Source: an uncultured Spirochaetota bacterium (GTDB lineage: Bacteria > Spirochaetota > Spirochaetia > SZUA-6 > Fen-1364). From it: a stretch of 64,000 bases of DNA. The position numbers and the translations under genes are program-made. The notes beneath the pieces were generated by a model. It did not search any database. It was given only the letters and a program-made list of their open reading frames with translations, and was not told the origin of the DNA. Location: the NCBI GenBank assembly GCA_963820525.1, contig CAWGAA010000001.1, positions 192,001-256,000 on the forward strand, in the 5' to 3' direction. This document shows, piece after piece, positions 9,615 through 19,692 of this stretch (the first letter of the stretch is position 1; each line of letters begins with the position of its first letter).

Positions 9615-10925
9615 ATGCCGCAAAAAACAGTTTGGATTGAGACCTACGGCTGCCAGATGAACAAGGCCGAATCCGAGGCCTTGCTCCTCGAGCTGGTGCG
9701 CGAGGGTTGGGCCGAAGGGGAATCCCCCGACGCCGCGGACCTCGTGGTCATCAACACATGCTCCGTGCGAGAGACGGCTGAAGAGCGCATCCGGGGCCGG
9801 CTCGGCCACTACCGCAGCCTGAAAAAAGGCCGTCCCTTCACGCTTGCGCTCGTCGGGTGCATGGCTGAAAGGCTCCGCAGCGGCATCGCGGCGGAGTTTC
9901 CCGAGGTCGACGTCGTCGCGGGGACCTTCCGCAAGCGGGACCTCGTAGCGGCCGTGCGCGAATCCGAGCGCGAGAGAGAGCGAGTCGTTCTCACCGGCGG
10001 AGAGGAATACTCCTTCGCCAAGGTCCACTGCGCGGGCGGATTCAAGGCGTTCGTCCCTATAATGCACGGATGCGACAACTTCTGCACGTACTGCATCGTG
10101 CCGTACGTGCGCGGCCGCGAAGTATCCCGAGATCCTGATGAGATCCTGGCCGAGATTCGGTCCCTCGAGTCAAAGGGGGTGAGGGAGATCACGCTGCTGG
10201 GACAGAACGTGAACTCCTACCATTTTCAAGCGCGCCCGCCCGCCGTTGGCTTCGCTCGGCTGTTGAGGATCATCTCCCGCTCGGTATCCGGAATCCATTG
10301 GGTCAGGTTTCTGACCTCTCATCCCCGCGACCTCACGCAGGAGATCATAGAAGAGATAGGGGAGAATCCCCTGTTCTGCCGTCACATCCATCTGCCCATC
10401 CAGAGCGGCTCAAGCAAGATACTGCAGGCCATGAACCGCGGCTACACGAAAGAGGAGTATCTGCGGCTGGTGGAGGGGATCCGCAAGGCCCTCAGGGGAG
10501 TCTCGATCACGACCGATATTCTCATTGGGTTCCCGGGAGAGACCGAGGAGGATTTCATGCAGACCCTCGATCTCATGGAGCGCGTCGGCTTCGACGATGC
10601 TTTCATGTATTACTTCAATCCGCGGGAGGGAACCCCGGCGTTTGACATGGAGCGCCAGCTCGCATCTGAGGTGAAGCTCGAGCGGCTGGCCCGGGTGATC
10701 GAGACGCAGAGAAGGATTGTGGACCGCCGCATGGCGGAGCGGCTGGGAAACGAAGTCGAGGTCCTCGTTGAAGGCATTTCGAAAAAGAACGACGGAGAGC
10801 TTCTTGCCCGAACGGAGTGGGACGGCATGGCCGTGTTCCCAGGGCCCCTTTCCCTCATTGGAAGCTTCGCGCGCATCAGGCTGGAAGGGCAGAGCGGCAG
10901 TACTTTCCGCGGCCGGCAGATCTGA
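9615..10925 (+). CDS. miaB: tRNA i6A37 methylthiotransferase MiaB
   Basis: TYGCQMN, NTCSVR, radical-SAM CDNFCTYC, TRAM domain. Confidence 0.96.
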   Translation: MPQKTVWIETYGCQMNKAESEALLLELVREGWAEGESPDAADLVVINTCSVRETAEERIRGRLGHYRSLKKGRPFTLALVGCMAERLRSGIAAEFPEVDVVAGTFRKRDLVAAVRESERERERVVLTGGEEYSFAKVHCAGGFKAFVPIMHGCDNFCTYCIVPYVRGREVSRDPDEILAEIRSLESKGVREITLLGQNVNSYHFQARPPAVGFARLLRIISRSVSGIHWVRFLTSHPRDLTQEIIEEIGENPLFCRHIHLPIQSGSSKILQAMNRGYTKEEYLRLVEGIRKALRGVSITTDILIGFPGETEEDFMQTLDLMERVGFDDAFMYYFNPREGTPAFDMERQLASEVKLERLARVIETQRRIVDRRMAERLGNEVEVLVEGISKKNDGELLARTEWDGMAVFPGPLSLIGSFARIRLEGQSGSTFRGRQI

Positions 10926-12198
10926 CGCCCGTCGGGCCTCTTTCATCCTCCTGATTGCCTTTCTTCTCCTCCTTCCCATACAGCGAGCAGGCGCGCAATC
11001 CGGCAAGCTCGACGAGGCGGGCAGGCTGGAGCGGGGAGGGGATTCTCCGGCAGCGCTTCGGCTCTACCGCGAGCTTTTGGCGGAGCTTCCCTCCGGCCTG
11101 GAGCTTTTCTCCGCCTTCGACGGGTATTTCCGGCTGGAAATGGATCTGGCCGCGCTGCTGTCAGCTTCGCGGGACCTGGTGGCGAAGGTGAAGGAAGATC
11201 CGCTTCCCGATGGGCTGGCCGTAAAGATAGCGCGCCTGTTGGAGCTTGCCGGACGCGGGGATGAAGCTTTCGCGCTCTACAAAAGGGATTTCATGAAAAG
11301 CGGCTCCACCGATTCCCTGGCGGCCGCGGCCAGACTGTGTATCGAGATGAACGACCTCGCGGATGCGGAGCGGATTCTCGCCGGAAGCCAGGGCGCGGCG
11401 GCCGGAGTGCTTGCGGGACAGATCGCGCTCCAGCGCGGCGACTACGAGCAAGCGCGGGCCCGTTTCCTTGCGGTCGCCAATGGAAGCGCTGGCTCCGAGG
11501 AGACGCTCCAGGCGATGTACGGATTGTACGCAGCTGCAGTCTTGAAGGGAGATTCCCAGGAGACGGCTGACGCGAGGGAAAGACTTCTGAAAGCCTTTCC
11601 CCAATCTCCGGAGGCGGCGATCGCCCGCAGCCAGGGCGCCGGGTCGCCGGAAATCTCCCGAATCGTTCTTTCTCCGCTGCCCGTTCAGCTGCTGGGGAGC
11701 GTGAACAACGTCCAGGTTGCCGTCGCAGGCTCCCGACCCGAGATACAGGAGCCGGCAAGCCAGCTTGTTGCTGCTCAGACCGCGGTAGGCCAGCCTCCAC
11801 AGTCGCCTGAAGGCCCGCTTCCCCCACTTCCCACCCCTGAGCCCCCTGCAAGCCCGCTTCCCGCGCCCCAGGGGCCGGCAAGCCAGTTGCCTACCCCCGA
11901 GCCCTCAGCACCCTCGCCACCTTCACTCCAGCCGACGGCCGCGAATACGCCCGACAAGCCTTCGCCGAAGGTGTCGGTCCAGGCAGGGTCCTATCAAGTG
12001 CTGGAGAACGCCGAAGACATGGTTTCTGAGCTGAAAAAGAGGGGATTCGCCGCAGTGGTGCGAGAAGAGATGGTTTCAGGCAGGAGATTATTCAAGGCCC
12101 TGGCCGGCGCCTCGCTCGGCATGGATGAGGCGAAAGATGTTCTCGCTCGGCTGGCCAGTCAGGGATTCGAGGGCTTCATCGTCTTCGAGAAGCAGTAG
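10922..12198 (+). CDS. exported TPR + Pro-rich linker + SPOR domain protein; start uncertain
   Basis: Signal peptide RRASFILLIAFLLLLP, TPR helices, C-terminal VQAGSY...NAEDMVSELKKRGF. Confidence 0.75.
11828..11917 (+). repeat. about 30 bp (10 aa) degenerate Pro-rich tandem repeat
   Basis: LPTPEPPASP / LPAPQGPASQ / LPTPEPSAPS. Confidence 0.6.
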
Positions 12199-12213
12199 GC
12201 GGCCTTTTCCCCT

Positions 12214-13721
12214 CTATTTGTTCGATTCTTGAATCCGCTCCACAGTGATCGGATCTCCCGCAGCCTCTTCGAACCCGTCGACGGTGAGCAGGACGGGAGA
12301 GAGAGTCAGGGTCTCGATAGCGCGATCGAAAACGCGCTTTCTTCCCGGCTGCACGAGGAAGCTCTTTGATTCGGCGGGCAGGCCCCGGGCATCGAAGAGC
12401 CGAATGCTCAGGATCCGATGTCCCTCGATGGAGAACACGACGAACGCGCCGGAGCGTGCCTGGGCTCCCGCAGCCCAGATGAGCCGCTGCCCGAGAAAGG
12501 TGATCACCAGGCCGTCCGTGCTCTGATACGTTCCTTCAAGATCCGGGGGGGCAAGAGTCACCGGCAGGGAATCCCGCGTGAGGTATCGACGGGCCACATC
12601 ATCGGTGAGCTTCTGATACACGGCGCTGCTGGAGTCTCCCAGATCGCCGCCCTGGATGGCGATTTCGAGGCTGCTGGTCGAAACGACGCGGATGGAGAAA
12701 GTGCGGGACACCGTATGGACCGCTTCATTCTCCGTGAACACGAGAAGGCGGTCATAGACGGTGCGGATGCTTCCGCCCCAGACGTACATTTCCTCTGTAT
12801 CACCGAGGTACCGTGTTATACGACGGCGATCCGGCTCGAAGCTGACGATCTCCAGGGCTCGGACTTTCTGGGATGGAGCGGTGGGCTCGCTGAGTTCCAC
12901 CCATGGGCCCTGGAGGAACTGCTCGAAGCTTTCCACGTTGGTGCCGGTGAAGAGCCGCGCGAGCTTATCCTGTTCCACTTTTTCGCGCGGGACCTTCTGC
13001 GGGTCCCCGCGACATAGCGATTCTCCGCGTAGCTCCAGGAATAGGGTATCCGAATGAGGTCCATGACATTCATTGAATCGGGGTCCTGGGAATAGGCATC
13101 GATGGGAAAACTGTCGGCGTTCTTCTGCCCCAGCGTGTAGGATTCCGGCCGATCGCTCTGCTCGATCACGATATCGTCGGCGACGATGCTGCACACTTCG
13201 CGCATGACAAGACCGAGGCCGGTGGCGGGAGAGGCTCTCTTGAAAACATTGAGGGTGAGCTTCCCGTGGGTGTTCATCCCGCCAACGACAATCTCCAGGC
13301 CATGATCGCCCACCAGGTCCTTCACGTACATGCTGAAGACCCGCGAACTCGTCGAGGCAGTCGGCGATTCCCAGCTCTGGTAGTAGTAGCGTCCCTTGGC
13401 CGAGTCGCAGTCCGCCAGAATGACCCGAACGGGGGAATCCACCTCGTCGCGCTTCTTTACCGCGATTACCTGCTCGGGGTCCGCGTCCTGATCGAGGTTC
13501 ACGTCAATGACGGACAGGAGCTTGTCCCCGCGATCCAGCGTGATCCTCGGGTGGACTTCCCCCTGCTCGGAGCCCGCATCTGCAGCCGCCCCGATCTGGC
13601 CGGCGGCAACCGTTTGCGGTGCGCTGCTGGGGATGATGAGGGCCGGCTCCGCCCTATGGGACGGGAGACACGCCGACAGGCAGGCCGCCAGGATGAGAAG
13701 AGGGATGTGAAGAGGCTTCAT
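12214..13721 (-). CDS. pallilysin-related adhesin-like lipoprotein; frameshift near 13001-13008
   Basis: Lipobox LSAC, DVNLDQDADPEQVI, DLVGDHGLEIVV. The two ORFs join if one C is restored (AGT-PQKVPREKV). Located near the VWA gene and cfpA. Confidence 0.65.
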
Positions 13722-14695
13722 GAGAAATAGGCCTTCAGCTTGTCCAGGATGATCCGTTTTGTCACGGCGATGGTTTCCTTGCACTTGAAGCCGGCGGCAG
13801 TCTTGTGCCCGCCCCCGCCGAAGAACTGTGCGATCTCTGCCACATTGATGTTCCCTTTCGAGCGCAGCGAGCAGCGGACCAGGCCTTCCGTATTCTCCTT
13901 GAAAAAAACCGATACCCGGATTTCCTCGCTCTTGAGGGGAATATTGATGAGCTGATCCGCTTCCTCGTAGATGGCCCCCGATTCTAGGATCATCTCCTTG
14001 TTCATTGTCAATATGGCGACATGGTTCGCGTACACCAGCTCCAAGGTGGAAAGGACCTTCGACTGGAGGATGAGGGCGGAGATCGAGTTGCTCTCATACA
14101 CGCTTGCGTATATCGTGTTGGGCTCGATTCCCCGCAATACCAGGTCGCGCGCGATGTCGAAGGTGAGGGCCGTGGTCTTGGGGTAGATGAAGGAGCCCGT
14201 GTCGTAGACGATCGCCGTATAGAGAGCCTGCGCGATGGAGAAGTCGATCTCGATTTTCATCTCCCTGAAGAGCTGGAAAAGGATCTCCGCGGTGGAGGAT
14301 GCGCTCTTCTGGATGTAGTTGCCGGAAAGGATGTCCTCCTCGTTTTCGTGGTGGTCGATGATGTAGTGCTCGCGCACGCAGGGCAGCACCAGGGTGGCGA
14401 CCTGGCCGATATTGTGGATGTCGTTCGTGTCCAGCATCAGCAGGGAGTATTCCCCGATATCCGGCGGGAGCTGCCGCTCGTTCTCGAGCACCGTGATGGC
14501 CTTGTCCACGTCGAGGAAGGAGAACTTCTTCGGGGTCGGGTCCGCATTGAAAGCTATGGCTGTCTTGCCGATCTGGCGCAGGGCGCGGTACATGGCGCAC
14601 TCGCTGCCGATGGCATCCCCATCCGGCGTTTCGTGAACGGTGATGACGAACTTCTCCGTGCGCCTGAGAAAGTCGATTACTGCTTCGAACTCCAC
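13718..14695 (-). CDS. nrnA: DHH/DHHA1 phosphoesterase (NrnA-like)
   Basis: HETPDGDAIGS, IIDHH, YDTGSF, GGGGHKTAAG. GTG start. Confidence 0.9.
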   Translation of the reverse strand: MEFEAVIDFLRRTEKFVITVHETPDGDAIGSECAMYRALRQIGKTAIAFNADPTPKKFSFLDVDKAITVLENERQLPPDIGEYSLLMLDTNDIHNIGQVATLVLPCVREHYIIDHHENEEDILSGNYIQKSASSTAEILFQLFREMKIEIDFSIAQALYTAIVYDTGSFIYPKTTALTFDIARDLVLRGIEPNTIYASVYESNSISALILQSKVLSTLELVYANHVAILTMNKEMILESGAIYEEADQLINIPLKSEEIRVSVFFKENTEGLVRCSLRSKGNINVAEIAQFFGGGGHKTAAGFKCKETIAVTKRIILDKLKAYFS

Positions 14696-15834
14696 TTTGT
14701 TCCACCCTCGAAGAAGCTTGTCCCCTTCTTCACGATTTTCTGGCGTCGAAGCTGCGACGCGGTGGCGCCCGGCCCGATGAAGCTTCCGGGCTCCGCGCGA
14801 AACCCGCCCGGCATGGCCACGTTCATCCCGATGAGGGTGAGTCCCTCGCGGATCTGTTCGGGGAAGTCCTCGTTCGCCGCCGTCGGGGACCTGCCGCCGA
14901 TGTCGCAATTCTCCCCGATGTTGGGCGAGTTGCGGGCCCCTTCGTTCGTGAAGGGAAGAATGACGGCGTTCTGCACGGTGCTTCCGGCGCCGATCCTGTT
15001 GTTGTTCGTGACGATGGAGTTCAGCACCCGGGCGTTGGCGCGAACCGTCACGTTGGGGAAAATCACGGAGCCCTCGACGTAACCCTCGACTTCCGCCCCC
15101 GCGGCAATATAGGAGTCTTTGAGGTGGCCGCGCTCGGAGATGCGGGATTCGCCGAGCTTCTCGGCCAGCGGGGGCACGCGGGACACCACCCGGTTGAACT
15201 CCTCCCCGGTGCAGTTGTTCGCCAGCCAGAGATTCCTCCTGTAGAACTCCATGAGGTCGTTCTGAAAGAGCAGCTCTCCGGGAAGCTCTTCGAGGAGATC
15301 GATCGAAGAGAAGAGGATGCCCTCGAATAGGTACTCGCGGCTTCGGCTGTGCTTTCGCACCCTCGGGGCGTGCTCCGTCAGCAGGCGCAGGAGGAGGCTC
15401 CTTCGCGTCAAGTACATCTCTACCGGCGTCTTCTGGATCGAGGCCTTCACGAGCTCACCCCCGCGTCTCGCCCCAAGGTCGAGAAGCGCGCGCGCGTCGA
15501 ATACGCTCACCGAGGAAAGCGAGCACATCGCCACAACATCCGCCGGGTCCTCCTCCAGAAGCCGGATCAGGCCGTCGATTCCATCTTCGAGAACGTGAAC
15601 CTCGGCGGGGGCCTTCTTCCAGCGCCCGCCCAGCGTGAGGGCGAGGGCGCGCGATGATTCATCGAGCACGATCCTCATGGGGGTTTCGGCGCATGAGAAG
15701 AAGTTTGCCAGGCAAAAATCGACGAGGCAGAAATTCCCCCAGAAGGGCAGGAGAGAGAGCGGATATTCCGGGACGAGTCCCGGAATATCCTGAAAAGGTC
15801 CTGTTTCGAACAGGTAGACTGATGCGGTGCTCAG
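14677..15834 (-). CDS. GlgD/GlgC-like nucleotidyltransferase-fold protein with beta-helix; probable CTG start
   Basis: The frame stays open upstream of ATG 15678 through LLPFWGNFCLVDFCLANF. C-terminal hexapeptide repeats. No GGxGxR loop. Confidence 0.6.
   Translation of the reverse strand: MSTASVYLFETGPFQDIPGLVPEYPLSLLPFWGNFCLVDFCLANFFSCAETPMRIVLDESSRALALTLGGRWKKAPAEVHVLEDGIDGLIRLLEEDPADVVAMCSLSSVSVFDARALLDLGARRGGELVKASIQKTPVEMYLTRRSLLLRLLTEHAPRVRKHSRSREYLFEGILFSSIDLLEELPGELLFQNDLMEFYRRNLWLANNCTGEEFNRVVSRVPPLAEKLGESRISERGHLKDSYIAAGAEVEGYVEGSVIFPNVTVRANARVLNSIVTNNNRIGAGSTVQNAVILPFTNEGARNSPNIGENCDIGGRSPTAANEDFPEQIREGLTLIGMNVAMPGGFRAEPGSFIGPGATASQLRRQKIVKKGTSFFEGGTKWSSKQ
15761..15790. repeat. 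perfect 14-bp inverted repeat
   Basis: GGATATTCCGGGAC-ga-GTCCCGGAATATCC. Confidence 0.85.
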
Positions 15835-15860
15835 ATTTGCCGGCCCTCTTTATCCGATTC

Positions 15861-17426
15861 TTACCTGGCGCCTCTCGCGGGGCCGGCGCCGCGCTTGCCG
15901 GATGAACGGCGCTGCGGCGCGGCACGCTTCTTTGAAGCGGTCTTGCCTGCGGCCCGAGTCCGCGGAACGCGCGTAGCCGGCGGACTCGCGTCCTGCCGCG
16001 GGGCGCTTTCTTTTGCGGCGTGCGTCGTGCTGGGCCGGGCGTCTGCAACCCTCAACTCCCTGCTTTTCCCATTCTCCGAGCGGAACGGAAAGCTCTGTCC
16101 GAGCACGTCGTCGTTTTCGCCGGAGAGCTTCGGGAAACGGTCAGCCTTCAGCACGTCGAAGCCCAGTCTGCTCTCCTTGAGGCGGAACCGCGCCAGGGAG
16201 CGGGCGTTGCGCCGGGTGATGAGGCTGAAGGTCCCGTCGGTCTCATTGAGGAAGACCTCGCCGCCGGCCCGCAGGGTCACGGGCGCGGTCATGAGCGGCT
16301 CATTGTCAACGTAGAGGAGAAACCGCACGGCTCTCCCCGATGCAAGCCTCCGTGCGGAGAAGATGGCCAGGAGGACGAGGGCCGCGAGCACCGCCAGAGC
16401 GACGAATGCGAGCCACCAGTAGTTCTCGACGACGCTTCTCACCTCGAGCGTGACGCCGACCTCTGACGGGTTGAAGCGTTCTCCAGAGAGGAACGAGAAG
16501 GAGAGGGTGCCGCTGGTTTTTCCCGCCGGCAAATCATTCGGGAAGCGGACGGGGACTCTCACGTTTGTGGTTCCGGAAGCCGCCACCGTGATGGGCAAGG
16601 ACGAAGGCAGGATGTTGGCGGCCGAGCGGGAGCCGAGGCGCGCCTCGATGCCGGCGATGGAAACCGATACCTCATGCGAGTAGCCCTCGCTCTTCAGAGC
16701 GAAGGAAAGCGAGCTGGATCCCCCCGAGCCGACCGGCGCGACGCTCACCCCGCCCGTAAGCGTCACCGAGCCCAGGAGGTTTTCCGTCTGCGCCTTCAAG
16801 CTCTCCACCGAAGGGTTTCCTGAAATCTGCGCAAAAGAGCCGGAGAGTTGCTGGGCAAGCTCTCTCACCTCGGCTTCCACGCCAATGCCGAGGATCTCGA
16901 TCTTCCAACCCTCTTTCTGGATGGTCTTGATGTTTGCCAGGAACTCGTGGTTGAACTTCCCGCTCGGTGAATAGTACTTGCTTGTGGGAGGAGCTTCCTG
17001 TCTGCCATCAGTCATCATGAGGACGAATTTTTTTCTTGAATCATCGGAAAGCGTTGCAATTTGCTCCTTCATGGCATCAAGTGCATTTCCAATATCTGTA
17101 AATCTTCCATTAGCTCTAATTTTGTCAATGATTGCTTTGATTTTTTGAATATCGGTCTGGTTTTTAACGATTTGAGAAACAATGACGTTCGCTTTCCCGT
17201 AGAAGCCAATGATGATGAGATTGTCTCCGGGAATGAGGACATCGTCGAGCAGCCACGTATTGACGTAGCGTTTGACTGAATCGATCTTTCCGTCCTCCGC
17301 CATCGAGAGGGATTTGTCTACGGCAAGGATGATGTCGATGTTCTCGGTTCGTTTGTCGGCGAATGCCGGGAGTGACAGGACGAAGAGCAGCGCCAGAGCG
17401 AGAAGGGAACTTTTCCGCGTTTGCAT
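15861..17426 (-). CDS. membrane-anchored VWA domain protein
   Basis: Signal peptide, MIDAS DKSLS, TDIGNAL, MTDG, a TM helix and a basic tail. Confidence 0.85.
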   Translation of the reverse strand: MQTRKSSLLALALLFVLSLPAFADKRTENIDIILAVDKSLSMAEDGKIDSVKRYVNTWLLDDVLIPGDNLIIIGFYGKANVIVSQIVKNQTDIQKIKAIIDKIRANGRFTDIGNALDAMKEQIATLSDDSRKKFVLMMTDGRQEAPPTSKYYSPSGKFNHEFLANIKTIQKEGWKIEILGIGVEAEVRELAQQLSGSFAQISGNPSVESLKAQTENLLGSVTLTGGVSVAPVGSGGSSSLSFALKSEGYSHEVSVSIAGIEARLGSRSAANILPSSLPITVAASGTTNVRVPVRFPNDLPAGKTSGTLSFSFLSGERFNPSEVGVTLEVRSVVENYWWLAFVALAVLAALVLLAIFSARRLASGRAVRFLLYVDNEPLMTAPVTLRAGGEVFLNETDGTFSLITRRNARSLARFRLKESRLGFDVLKADRFPKLSGENDDVLGQSFPFRSENGKSRELRVADARPSTTHAAKESAPRQDASPPATRVPRTRAAGKTASKKRAAPQRRSSGKRGAGPARGAR

Positions 17427-17491
17427 ACAGCCCCCCATCTTCGTATACTTATGTTTGTAGCATGCACCATATCGGGATAAATTGGAAGAGT

Positions 17492-17535
17492 AAAAAAAAA
17501 ATGTGCTTGAAAGGGTAGGGGTTTTGTGGTTTACT
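17492..17535 (+). promoter_or_regulatory. putative cfpA promoter with A10 tract
   Basis: A10 (17492-17501), then TTGAAA, 17 bp spacer, TTTACT with an extended TG. AAGGAG RBS. Confidence 0.4.
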
Positions 17536-17570
17536 AGGAAAGCGAGAATACACGAGTAAAGGAGAATGGT

Positions 17571-19601
17571 ATGGCAGGTATTGACCTTCCCAAAAGCCCG
17601 AATGTGTTCCACCCGGAGAAACCGAGTGCAGTCGGGTCCCGCAACTCCCTCGCCCAGGAGTTCAGGGATCAGCAGGCTGAGGTCGACCTCCTTCTCAGCG
17701 AAGAAGTAGATAAAGTACTGAATCATCTCACCTCGAAACTACCAAAGGAAGTCGCCGAAAAACTCGACGTCATGGGTGGGTTGAAGGAGAAGCTGTACAA
17801 CTACTTCAACCAGAACTACCAGAACATGTTCAACCGCTACATCGTCACCACGGAAGACGAAATGGTGAAGAAGGTGCGGAACTTCATCGACAAGGAAGAG
17901 ATGAAGGCCCTCGCCCGCTACACTCCCAAGGAGATCGCGGCCCTCCTGGATCAGGTGGGCGGCATCGACAAGTTCAACACGGGTGAAATCGAGAAATCGA
18001 TTGTCAACATGTTCGGCCACTTGCAGGGCCACATCCAGCGCGGCGTCAACGATCTGGAGAACCTCACCAACAGCCTCCTCCGCCAGAAGACCGACGTCGG
18101 CGCGTTCATCAGGGGCGAGAACGCGTACTCCATCGTGAAGTGCTCCTTCAAGGACAACGCGATAAAGCCCAAGACCGTCACTGACGTGAAGCTCTCGGTC
18201 AACATCCTCGACTCCGAGCTCATCAGCCCCATCTTCCACTATCAGGTCACCGTGGAGTTCCTGATCAAGGACCTCATCTCCAAGAACATCATGGACCTGA
18301 TCGACAAGGAGATCGAGAAGCTCAAGGACCAGCTGGTGGACGAGGGCAAGGAAGAGCTCTCCGACGGCGAGATCCTCTTCGAAAAGATGGAGAGGGTGGA
18401 GAAGTTCACCTCGGACGACAAGGACGACCCCAAGTCCAAGAGGTACAGCTTCTTCGCCAAGAGCCTGATGGACAAGATCGAGGGTCTGCGCGCCGAGATC
18501 GATCCCGAGGAATACGATCCGGTCAACGTTCGCGAGAACCTGAAAAAGATCATCGACCTTGAGAACATCAGGAACAGGGGCTTCAACACGGCCATCAACT
18601 CCATCACCTCCATCCTCGACACCTCCAAGATGGGCTACCAGCACGTGGAGAACCTCAAGAACGCCCGCGAGCTGGTGCTGAGGGAGTATGAGGACACGGA
18701 TGCCAGCCAGGTGCCCGATGAGAGGTACTCCATCCGGCTGAAGTATTACGACCAGGCCCAGCTGCTGGAGGAGCGCAAGTCCTACGACGTTCAGGCCAAG
18801 AGCTTCGAGGTCGAGGTCCAGCACCTGTGGGACGTGCTCGAGATGGTCTATGAAGACTCCAAGTTCATGAAGGGCGTGGTCGATTTCAGCGACCTGGCCA
18901 GGAGAATGAAGGGAAAGATCAAGAGGAGGATCAAGGCCAAGACGGGAGATCCCCTCTACGAAGACATCGAGAAGTCGTGGGACGAGATCATCTTCGTCCG
19001 GCCGGGAGACACCGAGGTCGAGCGGATGAACCGCACCTACATCCCCGAAAAGGACAAGATCAAGAGACGGATCATCCTCATGAGGGACAAGCTGCAGAAG
19101 CTGTACGGCTACCGCTACCCGATCCAGCGCCGGGTCATGGAAGATCGGCTTACCTATCTCGAGAAGGATTTCCTGAAGTTCGAATACATGATCAACCCGT
19201 ACCACATCCAGCCCGGCCTTCTGCTCGACGTGGACATCACCTCGATCAAGAGGAAGAAGGCGACCCTTGACGGAATGTCCAACGTGCTCAACGAGTTCCT
19301 CTATGGAGTGTCGAAGGGATTCCAGGATGCGGCTTTCGCTTCCTTCTCCCGCAGGCGCTCCACGGTCAGGGCGGACATTGCCCAGTCCTTTGCCGGCACT
19401 TCCCCCGGGCAGGAGCAGCCAACCGAGGGCGCGCCCTCCAAGGGCTCCGAGTACCTCGACATGATCAATGTCCCCGCGGCGGCGGAGTCAAAGGCACCCG
19501 CCCGCACTCCGGGCGTCGTGGACGTGTCCAAGCGAGGACGGAGACCCGCCAGGAGGGGCAGGCCCCGGAGGGGCGGTGACGCGGGCTTGAGAGAAATCTA
19601 A
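17571..19601 (+). CDS. cfpA: cytoplasmic filament protein CfpA
   Basis: [25 protein letters not shown]...[19 protein letters not shown]...[17 protein letters not shown] matches treponemal CfpA as I recall it. Strong codon bias. Confidence 0.95.
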   Translation: MAGIDLPKSPNVFHPEKPSAVGSRNSLAQEFRDQQAEVDLLLSEEVDKVLNHLTSKLPKEVAEKLDVMGGLKEKLYNYFNQNYQNMFNRYIVTTEDEMVKKVRNFIDKEEMKALARYTPKEIAALLDQVGGIDKFNTGEIEKSIVNMFGHLQGHIQRGVNDLENLTNSLLRQKTDVGAFIRGENAYSIVKCSFKDNAIKPKTVTDVKLSVNILDSELISPIFHYQVTVEFLIKDLISKNIMDLIDKEIEKLKDQLVDEGKEELSDGEILFEKMERVEKFTSDDKDDPKSKRYSFFAKSLMDKIEGLRAEIDPEEYDPVNVRENLKKIIDLENIRNRGFNTAINSITSILDTSKMGYQHVENLKNARELVLREYEDTDASQVPDERYSIRLKYYDQAQLLEERKSYDVQAKSFEVEVQHLWDVLEMVYEDSKFMKGVVDFSDLARRMKGKIKRRIKAKTGDPLYEDIEKSWDEIIFVRPGDTEVERMNRTYIPEKDKIKRRIILMRDKLQKLYGYRYPIQRRVMEDRLTYLEKDFLKFEYMINPYHIQPGLLLDVDITSIKRKKATLDGMSNVLNEFLYGVSKGFQDAAFASFSRRRSTVRADIAQSFAGTSPGQEQPTEGAPSKGSEYLDMINVPAAAESKAPARTPGVVDVSKRGRRPARRGRPRRGGDAGLREI

Positions 19602-19619
19602 GTCCTCTCCATGAGATAG

Positions 19620-19657
19620 ATGGTGACCTTCTCACGGAGGTCACCATTTTCATTTTT
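19620..19657 (+). terminator. intrinsic terminator or attenuator after cfpA
   Basis: ATGGTGACCT-8 nt-AGGTCACCAT followed by T-rich runs. Confidence 0.7.
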
Positions 19658-19692
19658 CAGCGTTTTTTGAGCAGAGATAGAGGGAAGAACAC

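Noticed and set aside
17739..19205. 488-aa antisense ORF to cfpA (similar cases at 51166-52827, 28007-29317 and 46026-47549)
   Set aside because: These are shadow ORFs produced by codon bias of real genes on the opposite strand.
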